Counted from the stretch's first letter, positions 29,720 through 39,809 are shown. The stretch is 64,000 bases of DNA from Parcubacteria group bacterium (GCA_041659505.1 JBAZYF010000001.1:35654-99653); one strand, 5' to 3'. Notes: a model not told the origin generated them from the letters alone. Made by a program: numbers and translations.

Positions 29720-31129
29720 TTAGGCCAGCTTCTCCTGGAAATAATTCTCCAGTTCCGTAATTTTAATTCTTTCTTGCACCATCGTGTCGCGGTCGCGCAC
29801 CGTTACCGCCTCATCATTTAGCGTTTCAAAGTCCACTGTCACGCAATAGGGTGTTCCGATTTCGTCTTGGCGACGATAACGTTTGCCGATCGATTGCGTT
29901 TCGTCATATTCGCACATAAAATTCTGTTTCAAAGTGCCCCAGATTTTTTTGGCCGGCACGGACAATTCTTCTTTTTTTGACAGTGGTAAAATCGCCACTT
30001 TCACCGGTGCCAGACGCTTATCTAATTTTAGCACTACCCGTGTCTCTTCTCCGACTAATTCTTCCGTGTAAGCTTGATCCAAAAACATAAAGACTAGTCG
30101 ACCCAAACCGACAGAAGTTTCCATGATGTGCGGGATGAATTTCTCGCCGGTTTTTTCATCGAAATAGTTTAACTCCACACCGGAAAATTTGCTGTGCTGT
30201 GAGAGATCCCAATCACCTCGTGCGTGAATGCCTTCTGTTTCCTTGAAACCACCCAGCGATTTATAATCATACTCAATGTCATAGGCTTCGCTGGCGTAGT
30301 GCGCCAATTTTTCATGTTTGTACCAACGGATCTGATTTTCTTTGATGCCATATTCCAGATACCACCCCCAGCGCTCCGCTTTCCAGTGTTCATACTTTTC
30401 CTTCATCATATCGGGATGCAAGAAATATTGCATCTCCATCTGCTCAAATTCCCGCGTGCGGAAAATAAATTGGCGCGCCACAATTTCATTGCGAAAAGCC
30501 TTGCCCACCTGCGCAATGCCAAATGGTAATTTTTTGTGCAAAGAATCAACTGTATTTTTATACTCCAAATAAATTCCTCCACAAGTTTCCGGCCGGAGAT
30601 AAACCACATTCTCCTCTTTCAACTCATCAGTTGGCGAACCGATATTGGATTTTACCATCAAAGAAAAAACTTTCGCCTCAGTGAGATCAGTCGATCCGCA
30701 ATTGGGACATTTTAATTTTTTCTCCGCGCGCAGCTTATCCAACTCAACGTTCAGTCCTTCAACTGGAGTCTTATCATCAATGATCACGCCGAATTCTTCC
30801 AAGAGATGATCGGCGCGGAAACGTGACTTACATTTCTTGCAATCAACCTGCGGATCATTGAAACCACCGACATGCCCGGAAGCCACCCAAGTGGTCGGAT
30901 GCATAAAGATCGCGCTGTCGAGCCCCACCACATCATCGCGCAGTTGAACCATCGCTTTCCACCACGCGTCACGGATATTATTTTTAAGGAGCGTGCCATA
31001 ATGCCCATAATCATAGATCGCCTGCATCCCACCATAAATTTCCGAACTGGGATACACAAATCCCCGCCGCTTGCACAGCGACGCCATTTTTTCCATCATC
31101 CCTTGCTTATCCTCGTTTTTTTCTGCCAT
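29720..31129 (-). CDS. glyS: Glycine--tRNA ligase, alpha2 type
   Basis: LRPET, FRNE, REFEQME, IGKRYRRQDEIG. Confidence 0.96.
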   Translation of the reverse strand: MAEKNEDKQGMMEKMASLCKRRGFVYPSSEIYGGMQAIYDYGHYGTLLKNNIRDAWWKAMVQLRDDVVGLDSAIFMHPTTWVASGHVGGFNDPQVDCKKCKSRFRADHLLEEFGVIIDDKTPVEGLNVELDKLRAEKKLKCPNCGSTDLTEAKVFSLMVKSNIGSPTDELKEENVVYLRPETCGGIYLEYKNTVDSLHKKLPFGIAQVGKAFRNEIVARQFIFRTREFEQMEMQYFLHPDMMKEKYEHWKAERWGWYLEYGIKENQIRWYKHEKLAHYASEAYDIEYDYKSLGGFKETEGIHARGDWDLSQHSKFSGVELNYFDEKTGEKFIPHIMETSVGLGRLVFMFLDQAYTEELVGEETRVVLKLDKRLAPVKVAILPLSKKEELSVPAKKIWGTLKQNFMCEYDETQSIGKRYRRQDEIGTPYCVTVDFETLNDEAVTVRDRDTMVQERIKITELENYFQEKLA

Positions 31130-31150
31130 AGTTTTAAAATTAAAAAATAA

Positions 31151-31582
31151 TTAAACTAATTTATCTTTATATTTTTTGAAGAAATTCGGTAAAGATGAAT
31201 GTAAATCATCCGGTAAGCTGCCCAAGGTAAACCAATCAATATCTGAAAATTTGTGCGGTTCGCCAATCTTAACTTTTTTCCTATCAACCAAAACTTTAAA
31301 CAAAAGGGCAACCCAATGTGTTTCTTTGCCGGCATGTTTTCTGTGGACATCATCAAAATCTATGAACTCATACCCCAAAACCTCTGTTGAATATTCCTCC
31401 CGTATCTCTTTCCTGAGCCTATCCTCAACTTTCTCACCAAATTCCAATGCCCCGCCACCAATATCCCACCGGTTATGCTCATCACGGCATTTCTCACTCC
31501 TTTTTGCCATCACAAAATTACCTTTGCCATCATGGCAGTAATAACAGATAGTAACACCAATATAATCAAATCCCTTTTGCAT
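31151..31582 (-). CDS. NUDIX hydrolase
   Basis: GGGALEFGE...KEIREE; start moved to ATG 31582, after the T-box terminator. Confidence 0.8.
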   Translation of the reverse strand: MQKGFDYIGVTICYYCHDGKGNFVMAKRSEKCRDEHNRWDIGGGALEFGEKVEDRLRKEIREEYSTEVLGYEFIDFDDVHRKHAGKETHWVALLFKVLVDRKKVKIGEPHKFSDIDWFTLGSLPDDLHSSLPNFFKKYKDKLV

Positions 31583-31590
31583 GTTTTGTA

Positions 31591-31747
31591 AATAAAAAAG
31601 TCTCGTCCCCACAATTAAAGAATATAAAAATTCTTAAATTGCCAGAACGAGACATTTCCCGCGATTCCATCTAGCTTCCTCCGACGTTACGTCGGAGACA
31701 TCTTAATTTCTCTTATCAGCTCCAAGGATCCAAACCCTCTTCAATGC
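31591..31747 (-). promoter_or_regulatory. Putative glycine T-box riboswitch with ultrashort stem I
   Basis: AGATGGAATCGCGGG...CTCGTTCT antiterminator, overlapping terminator with U-run, K-turn GCATTGA/GGAGC. Confidence 0.75.
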
Positions 31748-31755
31748 TGACCAAA

Positions 31756-32064
31756 TTATCTCACTAAAACCAATTTTTCCAATCCAATTACTCTTTTTTC
31801 AAGTTCATCAAGCTCATCGCGAGTAACTTTTCTTTTTAGCTCAAATCTCACATCTCTTATCTCATTCTTAATTTCAATCTTTCTCACTTCCAAACTATCC
31901 ATTCTTTTCTCCAAGCTGCCCATTCTTTTCTCCAAACTATCCATCCTTTTTTCGATACTATCCATTCTTTTTTCCAGTTTATCAATTTTCCCTCCAAGCA
32001 CCAAAAACTCGCTCTGAATAAGCGTTGCCAAATCCTCAATTGTGGTTATTTTCTTAGTTTTCAT
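31756..32064 (-). CDS. Small coiled-coil heptad-repeat protein
   Basis: LEKRMDS repeats (21-bp DNA tandem). Confidence 0.7.
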   Translation of the reverse strand: MKTKKITTIEDLATLIQSEFLVLGGKIDKLEKRMDSIEKRMDSLEKRMGSLEKRMDSLEVRKIEIKNEIRDVRFELKRKVTRDELDELEKRVIGLEKLVLVR

Positions 32065-32078
32065 GAGTCTATTATACC

Positions 32079-32552
32079 TCAATATTTTTTACTGTCAATT
32101 GACGAATTACCCACCATTCCAAAAACCTCTTGTATTTCATCTTTTATCCCAGGAATAAACTCACAATCATTAATTTCCGTTTCGGAGATAAATTTCCACT
32201 CACTATGCTCATCGGTAATTTCCGGCTCTTTTCCATTCACAAAACCAACAATTTCACAGGCAATCTTCACGCCAGGAATTTTTGGTTGTTCCGGATTGTT
32301 GGTAATAATTTCATAGGTCCCCAGATTCTTAAGCATTCCAATCGGTCGAATTTCCACGCCCAACTCTTCCCTTTGCCCGCGAATCAAGGCTTCTTCAAAA
32401 TTTTCACCGTTCCGCACTTGCCCGCCACCACATTCCCAAAGATTAGGATAGAGCCTCCTTCCGGAATTTCTTTTCACAATAAGCACCTTATCGCCAAAAA
32501 AACAAATTCCCGCCACGTGCACTTCAATTTTATAGATTTTATTTTCTCGCAT
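32079..32552 (-). CDS. NUDIX hydrolase
   Basis: WECGGGQVRNGE...REELG. Confidence 0.85.
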   Translation of the reverse strand: MRENKIYKIEVHVAGICFFGDKVLIVKRNSGRRLYPNLWECGGGQVRNGENFEEALIRGQREELGVEIRPIGMLKNLGTYEIITNNPEQPKIPGVKIACEIVGFVNGKEPEITDEHSEWKFISETEINDCEFIPGIKDEIQEVFGMVGNSSIDSKKY

Positions 32553-32610
32553 ATTTTTTTTATTTCTTTATTATTTCACGATAAAAATAATCTTTTTTTA
32601 TTAATGCGTC

Positions 32611-33189
32611 CTACCCCAAAAACATTTTTCGATATCTTGCCATCATTTTTTTATCAGAAAGGGTTCGATATATTTTGAGTGATATTTCTCCACTTCTAAA
32701 ATTTTCGTCCGCTGTTAATTTTATGAATTCATCAAATGTATAAGATACTAGTTCTATTTTTTCTCCACTATCCAAATTTTGCTTTTGTATTTTTTTGCAA
32801 CCCTTGGCAATAAAGACATAGTAAGCAAACTCTATCTTGCTTATGGGTTGTTCGGCATGCCAAAGATTCAGTTCCTCTGCCACTAGTCCAGATTCTTCCA
32901 ATAGCTCACGCTTAGCTGCTTTTAAAATAGATTCTCCCTTGTCAACCCGACCGCCGATACAACTCAGATAGGTTTTGCGGCCAGGCTGTTTTTGCTTGGC
33001 AAAAAATAATTTTCCGTCAATGACTGGTATGACATGCACAGTATCCACCCTCTTTATTTTTTCAAAAATCTTGTAACTCCCATCAAACATCTTCTGTTGC
33101 CACTGGTACACGTCAAAAACTACTCCCGCAAAAACCTTCTTGGCATTTTTTGGTATCGGCTGGTTAGATTTTGGTCTCGCTACCTGCAT
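32611..33189 (-). CDS. NUDIX hydrolase
   Basis: GGRVDKGE...AAKRELLEESG; start uncertain. Confidence 0.85.
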   Translation of the reverse strand: MQVARPKSNQPIPKNAKKVFAGVVFDVYQWQQKMFDGSYKIFEKIKRVDTVHVIPVIDGKLFFAKQKQPGRKTYLSCIGGRVDKGESILKAAKRELLEESGLVAEELNLWHAEQPISKIEFAYYVFIAKGCKKIQKQNLDSGEKIELVSYTFDEFIKLTADENFRSGEISLKIYRTLSDKKMMARYRKMFLG

Positions 33190-33199
33190 AGAACTAATA

Positions 33200-34198
33200 T
33201 TATAAACTTTCAGCAAACTTCAAAAAATATTCCTTCGGGCGCATTTCCGCCTCAACCACCTTTTTCCAATCAAGATTGACTTCTGAAACACGCACCACCT
33301 TTCCCTCATTATAACATATTGGGTCAATCACGCGCGACTTGCAAAAAACTTGTGCGTCATAATTATTGGGATTATTCGCGTAACCCACTCGATTATTCAT
33401 TCGTTCCCAAAGTTTTTTTAGTATCTTATCTTTCTCCAAGAACTGGTTAATTTTTCCCAGCACTTCCACATCAGTCAGATATAAATCTTCTTTCGAAATA
33501 TATTTTTTTTCTATGGCACACTTCAAATAATCACCAGTCGTGCGAAACATTACTGCCGATTCGATCCCAGAATAAAAATATTTATTGGCATGAAAAAATA
33601 AATCAGAAAAATTTTGCGCAGAGCTATAATCCCCAAAAATCCACCGTCCATCTTTCACAATTAAACTAGCCAAAATGCTAGGGATTTTCTTGGCATATGC
33701 TGGCGCATATCTGTGGAAATGCCAAATGTCTCGCAGGGAATAATCAATCCGGTCAGCACAAGTATCGGGTAGACTGTTCTCTTTCAAAGGAAAATTTTTG
33801 TCGTTCAAAATATAGTCCAAATCAAAGCCATGCCTGGAAAGAATGGCCGGAATTTCAGAATTACCCACGAAGGAATTGAAAATATTATCCTGGTGCGTTT
33901 GCTCCTTTTGCGATCCTTCCGCAAAAACATAATCGGCGGAATGAGAAAAAGCACTGTGCGAAACATCATGGATAAGACCGGCAATCTGCTCAGAAAGTTC
34001 TGCACCAAATTGGCGCAAAAGCAGATAGGCGCCGACGGAATGCTCAAAGCGAAAATAAGTTGCTCCAGGAAAAAAAGGCTCCATATATCCATGTTGATCA
34101 ATGTCTTTAAGTCGCTGCATCGCGGGACAGGCCATCAACTCCAGAATTACCGGCTCAGTGATTTCATTTTCTCCGTAAATTGGATCAATGTATTGCAT
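33200..34198 (-). CDS. HD-domain phosphohydrolase (dNTPase-like)
   Basis: QRLKDIDQ, RFEHS, HDVSH..FSH, ADRIDY; start moved out of the REP. Confidence 0.88.
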   Translation of the reverse strand: MQYIDPIYGENEITEPVILELMACPAMQRLKDIDQHGYMEPFFPGATYFRFEHSVGAYLLLRQFGAELSEQIAGLIHDVSHSAFSHSADYVFAEGSQKEQTHQDNIFNSFVGNSEIPAILSRHGFDLDYILNDKNFPLKENSLPDTCADRIDYSLRDIWHFHRYAPAYAKKIPSILASLIVKDGRWIFGDYSSAQNFSDLFFHANKYFYSGIESAVMFRTTGDYLKCAIEKKYISKEDLYLTDVEVLGKINQFLEKDKILKKLWERMNNRVGYANNPNNYDAQVFCKSRVIDPICYNEGKVVRVSEVNLDWKKVVEAEMRPKEYFLKFAESL

Positions 34199-34206
34199 AA
34201 TACTAT

Positions 34207-34365
34207 GTGTCATTCCCGCGAAGGCGGGAATCCAGGTTCCACTATTTATAAACCCTAAAAAATCGAATTATAAATTTTCTAACTTCTATTTTCTAATCAT
34301 TAAATCTCGTTTTTCTTTTTTTATAACCTGAGGTGCCTGGATCCCCGCCTCCGCGGGGATGACAC
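34207..34365. repeat. REP doublet TGTCATTCCCGCG family, copy 2
   Basis: Homologous to 18855-19033; encodes the U32 protein C-terminus. Confidence 0.8.
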
Positions 34366-35644
34366 GTTGGATTACTTTCCTCACCAAACTCCCGCTTTCT
34401 AATTTCCGATCAAACTCGAAATAATATTCCTTATTGTGTCCACCGTCTGCCACCAGTACTGCGTTTTTATTGTTATCTAAAATCTTTTTTATCTTGAGTT
34501 TAATGTTTTCTTTGGGCGTGATAGCTTCTAAGCTGTCCTCGATTGAGATATGATTATGCACCCGCAAAATATTCAGTTTGTCTTCCAGTGATTTCACCTC
34601 ACCCACAAACTGAAATTTAGCCGGATTATTCTTATTTTCAAAATTATGCTCCGGCTCGCGTCCCAACAGAAAACCGGTCGAATATCCACGATGCACCAAA
34701 TTATCCAACTCCGTTTTTTGTTTTTTTATAATTGCTTTAATTTCCTTTTCTGGCGCATCATTTTCCAAAGCATCCAGCACCGCGCGATAAGCGCGTGTCA
34801 CAATCGCCAAATAGTAGGCGCTCTTGGCTCGCCCTTCAATCTTGAACGACGCCACACCCGCCTCTCGAAGTTCCGAGAGGTGTGCCAGCAAATTCATATC
34901 ATAACTATTGAAAAAATAGGTCCCGTGCGTGTCCTCCTCCACATCCATCGCATAACGCTTCTGATCATCAATCACATTCATCTCAAAATAGTCATCTCCA
35001 AAATTTTGTTTTTTGATTTTTGATTTTTGATTTTTGGAATGATATGCCCACCGGCACGGCTGAGAACAATCTCCCAGGTTGGCACTGCGATCTGTCATCC
35101 ATTTTGACAAAATGCAACGGCCGGAATAACTCATACACATCGCGCCATGGACAAAATATTCCAGCTCAATATTTTTCGATTGCTGACTAATCTCTTTGAT
35201 TTCTTTGAGCGTCACTTCCCGCGCCAGAATAATTCTTTTCACTCCTTGCGCGCGCCAAAATTCCACCGCTGCCGAGTTGGTCGCGTTAGCCTGCGTGGAA
35301 AGATGAATCTCACACTCCGGCCAATATTTCTGGATGAAAAGAATGATCCCCGGGTCGCTCGCAATGATCGCATCCACTTTCAGTTTTTTTAAGTATTGGA
35401 TATGCTCTTTGATTTTTGCCAAATGCTGATTATGCGCATAAATGTTGAGCGTCACATAAATTTTCTTCTTTCGTTTGTGCACATATTCCACCGCCTCAGC
35501 CAAATCTTCTTTGGAAAACCGATTGATCCGCACCCGCAAAGAAAAATCCGGCACGCCGCAATATACAGCGTCCGCGCCAAAAGCCAGGGCATATTTAAGT
35601 TTCTCCAGATCACCTGCTGGAGCAAGTAGCTCGATTTTTTTCAT
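34286..35644 (-). CDS. U32 family protein (TrhP/YegQ-like tRNA hydroxylation)
   Basis: ELLAPAG, HLSTQ, HGAMCMSYSGRC, CSQPCRW, KIEGR. Confidence 0.92.
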   Translation of the reverse strand: MKKIELLAPAGDLEKLKYALAFGADAVYCGVPDFSLRVRINRFSKEDLAEAVEYVHKRKKKIYVTLNIYAHNQHLAKIKEHIQYLKKLKVDAIIASDPGIILFIQKYWPECEIHLSTQANATNSAAVEFWRAQGVKRIILAREVTLKEIKEISQQSKNIELEYFVHGAMCMSYSGRCILSKWMTDRSANLGDCSQPCRWAYHSKNQKSKIKKQNFGDDYFEMNVIDDQKRYAMDVEEDTHGTYFFNSYDMNLLAHLSELREAGVASFKIEGRAKSAYYLAIVTRAYRAVLDALENDAPEKEIKAIIKKQKTELDNLVHRGYSTGFLLGREPEHNFENKNNPAKFQFVGEVKSLEDKLNILRVHNHISIEDSLEAITPKENIKLKIKKILDNNKNAVLVADGGHNKEYYFEFDRKLESGSLVRKVIQRVIPAEAGIQAPQVIKKEKRDLMIRK

Positions 35645-35799
35645 ATATATAATCTAGGCCAGTTGGACAAAAAAGGCAAACAAACCCATAGCAAGCCTTT
35701 ACAAATTCTTTGTTCTGTGCTATAAAGGATTGTTATCGAGATGTCCTTGATAATAAATCAGTTTTTTAACATTTACAAAAGAGAAGGGAGTTTTATCAC

Positions 35800-36468
35800 A
35801 TGAATAAGGCCTTAAATTTTTTCAAAGTCTGCCCGAACTATGGATCTGCAAACAAAAACACCGCCGAATCAAATGCCATAATTCTAAAAAATATGGATGA
35901 AAATTATAATCTGCTAGATATAGAGCAGGTAAAGAAAGAACTGAGCTTAAAAAAACTGCCCTGTTCGAAAAGCAAAATTGGTAGCGTAGTCCTACAATGC
36001 AAAAAAACGGTGCAGGCACTCCGGGGTGATAAAGAGGCTCAAGAATACCTAAGGAATCTCAGCAAAGAAAGATACTGGATCGCTATTCCCTATGAGACTT
36101 TTATAAAAAACGGAGTTGATTCATGGGAAAAAGTCCTTCAACTTATGGCAGAAAATGATAAGGACACCAAGACCACTGAACAAAAAACGCCTGCCAAAAA
36201 TACTTGCGAGTTCGCGCAGCTTCCTTCTATGCTGCCAGAATGTTTCAAGAATACTCTCAATGAGATAGAATCCTGCACTAAAAAGTGGGCGCTAAGTCTC
36301 TTTATTGAGAGCAAGAAAGCGCTTTGCGATGTATGCCCTCTCAAAAAAGAACTTCGCGAGTGTCTCGCCGATCTAACCGCCTGCCAAATTGAGGCAGACA
36401 GACTCAGATCCGAGCTACGACTGATACGACAACAAGCAGTAAAAGCCTTAGAAAACTCTCCGGAATAG
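35800..36468 (+). CDS. Cys-rich orphan protein, stand-alone unit
   Basis: 222-aa ORF with promoter TTTACA-17-TATAAA, SD and terminator. Confidence 0.7.
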   Translation: MNKALNFFKVCPNYGSANKNTAESNAIILKNMDENYNLLDIEQVKKELSLKKLPCSKSKIGSVVLQCKKTVQALRGDKEAQEYLRNLSKERYWIAIPYETFIKNGVDSWEKVLQLMAENDKDTKTTEQKTPAKNTCEFAQLPSMLPECFKNTLNEIESCTKKWALSLFIESKKALCDVCPLKKELRECLADLTACQIEADRLRSELRLIRQQAVKALENSPE

Positions 36469-36483
36469 GAATAACTTCCGAAA

Positions 36484-36519
36484 TAAATGGACATCAGCTA
36501 AACAGCCGATGTCCATTTA
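36484..36519. terminator. Hairpin between convergent genes
   Basis: taaatggacatc...gatgtccattta. Confidence 0.65.
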
Positions 36520-36539
36520 AATTTCCAAAAATTTAAAAA

Positions 36540-37745
36540 TTATTTTTTTATTTCCCCGCGCAATTCCCTCATCAAGTCCATATAGAACTTCAAATTATGG
36601 ATCGCGCAGAGGCGCATCGCCAAAGGATCTTTCATTGCAAAAAGATGTCGCAGATAACTCCGCGTATAATTTTTGCACAGCTGGCAATCACAACTAACAT
36701 CTACCGGCGAAAAATCTTTCCTAAACTTTCCATTGTTGATATTAATCGTTTCATAAAACAATTCCGCATCCGCATTTTTTTTGTCACCTGCCTGCCGGTA
36801 GGCAAGGTTAGAAATTTTATCATTGGAATTTATTTTGAAATTGGAAATTAGAAATTGGAAATTACTTTTCCGTAGGAAAAGTCGCCCGTGCCTTCCCTCC
36901 CGCGTCGGAATCACACAATCAAACATATCCCAGCCGCACGCGACGAATTTAACAATATCATCCGGCGTTCCTACGCCCAAAGCGAATCTTAGAGCATTTT
37001 CCGGAATCAGTCTGGCAGTTTCTCGCACGACGTCTTCCATAAAATTGCCCTGCGCGTCAACGTGCCGTGCGCCAAAGCCATAACCGTCAAAGCCGATCGC
37101 GACTAATTTTTCCGCACAATATTTTCGCAAATCAGCGTGTCCTCCGCCTTGAATGACGCCGAAAATTAACGGCCGATTTTCCTTAGCTATTTTTCTCTTT
37201 TTCAATTGCTTTTCATATTCCACCTTGCACCGCGCAGCCCAAAGGATTGTCCGCTCGACTGCGTCCTTGATTTTTTCTTTTGAGTAACTATTCGGCGGCA
37301 CATCATCTAAAACCACCATCATATCCACCCCCAGATCAAACTGGATCTGGATCGATTTTTCCGGTGAAATGGTATGCATCGAACCGTCCAAGGGTGATTT
37401 AAAAATGACCGCCTCATCGGTAATTTTCCCCATTTCGGGATTTTTATGAATCAAGGAAAAAACTTGATAGCCGCCCGAATCAGATAGGAGCGGCGCATGC
37501 CAATTCATAAACTGATGGGTCCCTCCGGCCTTTTTTATGAGTTCCGTCCCAGGCTGGAGATAGAGATGATAGGTATTGACCACCATCGGGAAAATTCCCG
37601 TTCCCAAAAGATCATCGCGATCCAGCGATTTCACAAAACCGCGCGTCGCGTCAGGCATAAAAAACGGGGTAGCGACTACTCCGTTTTTTGTCTTGATTTG
37701 ACCGCTCCGTGCCTGGTCTTTTTTGTGCTTCAGTTCAAACATCAA
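36540..37745 (-). CDS. tgt: tRNA-guanine transglycosylase
   Basis: NTYHL, DSGGYQ, DMFDCVIPTR, CDC..C, HN. Confidence 0.95.
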   Translation of the reverse strand: MMFELKHKKDQARSGQIKTKNGVVATPFFMPDATRGFVKSLDRDDLLGTGIFPMVVNTYHLYLQPGTELIKKAGGTHQFMNWHAPLLSDSGGYQVFSLIHKNPEMGKITDEAVIFKSPLDGSMHTISPEKSIQIQFDLGVDMMVVLDDVPPNSYSKEKIKDAVERTILWAARCKVEYEKQLKKRKIAKENRPLIFGVIQGGGHADLRKYCAEKLVAIGFDGYGFGARHVDAQGNFMEDVVRETARLIPENALRFALGVGTPDDIVKFVACGWDMFDCVIPTREGRHGRLFLRKSNFQFLISNFKINSNDKISNLAYRQAGDKKNADAELFYETININNGKFRKDFSPVDVSCDCQLCKNYTRSYLRHLFAMKDPLAMRLCAIHNLKFYMDLMRELRGEIKK

Positions 37746-39646
37746 TTTACTACCTTATAATTCGTACCCAGAGCAGCGTCCTCTAGGAGATGCGTGCTTT
37801 TCCCCTCGACCTTAGCAGAAATATTTTCCTCTGTAAAGAGATCGTTAGCTGAAAAAATTGACTCCTTAAGCAGGGGGGCTTCATCACCAGCTTGATCGGG
37901 CGATGGTTTGATTTTAACCTGGAAAGCTACTTCTTTCGCATCAGAGATTATGCCTGTTCCAGCCGCAAGATTTCCAATCGTCCAAATGATCGAATTGGTC
38001 CGCTCATTATAAACCAAGGGGGCAGTTTGGGGAAAGAACTCTTTGGTCATCGTGACTGAAGTTGGCAGGACCGTCTCCACTTTTGCACTAGAAACATCAT
38101 TAGAAACATTTAATACGCGAAAATGCATCGTATACGTAGTTTCCTCTCCAACTTTGGGTGGAATCGGTCCAGAGTTGGGAATATTGGCATCGTTATAAAA
38201 GCCGTTGACCATTAAGATTAATTTGGAATTTAATTTAATGTCCATCTTATTGCCTGAGATGATTTTATTCATACTGATCGGCGTGGGAATATCTGGGCTA
38301 TCAATTTTTGTAAGGCTAGAAATGACGAAATTTTTGTCATTACTATTTGAAACTGGAATAATATCCTTAACTCTGATGGAAAATTTAATCACGCCACCCT
38401 GACCAGAAGTGAGGTTTTTCAGCTGGCTATAGTCGGCCGCTTTCCAGGTAATTATCTTGCTACCTGAATCATAGGCTCCGCCTGAAAGATCAAGAGTTGT
38501 ATAGTCGAGGACGGGGCTATCGAGATGCTCGGTCACAACCACATCACGTAACCCCGTTGCACCTTCATTTTTATAATTTATTTCAAATTGTAAGTGATCG
38601 CCCGGATTTGCAACTATGTCACTTAGCCCATTAACTGTCTGCGTGATGACCAATGGCGAAGAAACGATCTTAGTCTGGACATCTGTTTCATTGTACGAAA
38701 CAAATTGGCCGTTATTATCCGCTCCAATCTTTATTATAGCCTTTTTCACTTCATCCCTTTCACCCCCTAACTTTCCCACAATTACTACTTTTCCACTCTG
38801 TCCACCAGGCAGGTCACCAAGATACCAAATATTATTTCCCTCGGATACTCTTGGGTCAGAACTAGAAAAAGTGAACCGTTCGGGATAATCAATCCTAACC
38901 TTAACATTCTTAAAGCTTTCCGTTCCCTCATTTTTATAGTTAACCAAGTAATTCACTTCATCATCGCTGGAAATATTTTGCGGCGCCATCACCTCAAGCG
39001 TGATTGGCGCAGAGATGACACTTACCACTAATTGTGCACTCGCTATGAATGTTGTACTAATTGTAGATGGAGCATAAACGAGATCCGCCTTGAGCTTAAT
39101 CAGGTTTCCCTTGGGACTATAGGCCCGACCACTGAAAGTCATACTACCTTCATCCCCCCCTTTGATGTCAGGCAAGCCAGCCACGCTGGAAGTTGTCCCC
39201 TCGCTTTTAAACTGATTGTTAACTTCCGGCTTAAAATCTTCTGGGTAAGTCAACCGAAGAGTGACATTTTTCAGATCCGCCCGATTGTCATTCTTGTATT
39301 TCACCGTGTAGCTGATCAAGTTTCCACTTTTAATCTCTGTCGAACCATCCAGCGAAATTATCACCTGATCAGTCGAAAAGAAGGCCTGTTTGATCTTTAA
39401 AAAACCCACGACCAGTACAATTACCAAAAGTAGTCCGGCTAAGATGTAGGCGCCTTTTTTGACGATTTGTTTATTTTCTTTCTCTAACGGCTCGCTTTTC
39501 TCTACCCAATCATCTTTCGGTAGCTCTGCTTTTTCGGGAGAACTAAATGCGACAATCTTGGTATTAAATTCACTCTTTTCATGCTCCAACACCTCTTTGT
39601 CAATTTCTTTCTTATACAGTTCGTTTTTTATTTCACCAAGTGACAT
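37742..39646 (-). CDS. Membrane-anchored Ig-like repeat (DUF11-like) protein
   Basis: Single TM then repeated Y.v.Y.N.g beta modules. Confidence 0.65.
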   Translation of the reverse strand: MSLGEIKNELYKKEIDKEVLEHEKSEFNTKIVAFSSPEKAELPKDDWVEKSEPLEKENKQIVKKGAYILAGLLLVIVLVVGFLKIKQAFFSTDQVIISLDGSTEIKSGNLISYTVKYKNDNRADLKNVTLRLTYPEDFKPEVNNQFKSEGTTSSVAGLPDIKGGDEGSMTFSGRAYSPKGNLIKLKADLVYAPSTISTTFIASAQLVVSVISAPITLEVMAPQNISSDDEVNYLVNYKNEGTESFKNVKVRIDYPERFTFSSSDPRVSEGNNIWYLGDLPGGQSGKVVIVGKLGGERDEVKKAIIKIGADNNGQFVSYNETDVQTKIVSSPLVITQTVNGLSDIVANPGDHLQFEINYKNEGATGLRDVVVTEHLDSPVLDYTTLDLSGGAYDSGSKIITWKAADYSQLKNLTSGQGGVIKFSIRVKDIIPVSNSNDKNFVISSLTKIDSPDIPTPISMNKIISGNKMDIKLNSKLILMVNGFYNDANIPNSGPIPPKVGEETTYTMHFRVLNVSNDVSSAKVETVLPTSVTMTKEFFPQTAPLVYNERTNSIIWTIGNLAAGTGIISDAKEVAFQVKIKPSPDQAGDEAPLLKESIFSANDLFTEENISAKVEGKSTHLLEDAALGTNYKVVN

Positions 39647-39809
39647 ATTTTTGTTTATATTGTTTTATTATCCTAATCTAATCTTACCTCATTCACTCAA
39701 TTTTATCAAATATCCATGAGCTATAATTGACAATATCTCTGCAAAAAAATAAACTAAAAAAACAATCATAAAAATTAACAGTAAAAGTATAAAAAATTCA
39801 CCCTCCCTA

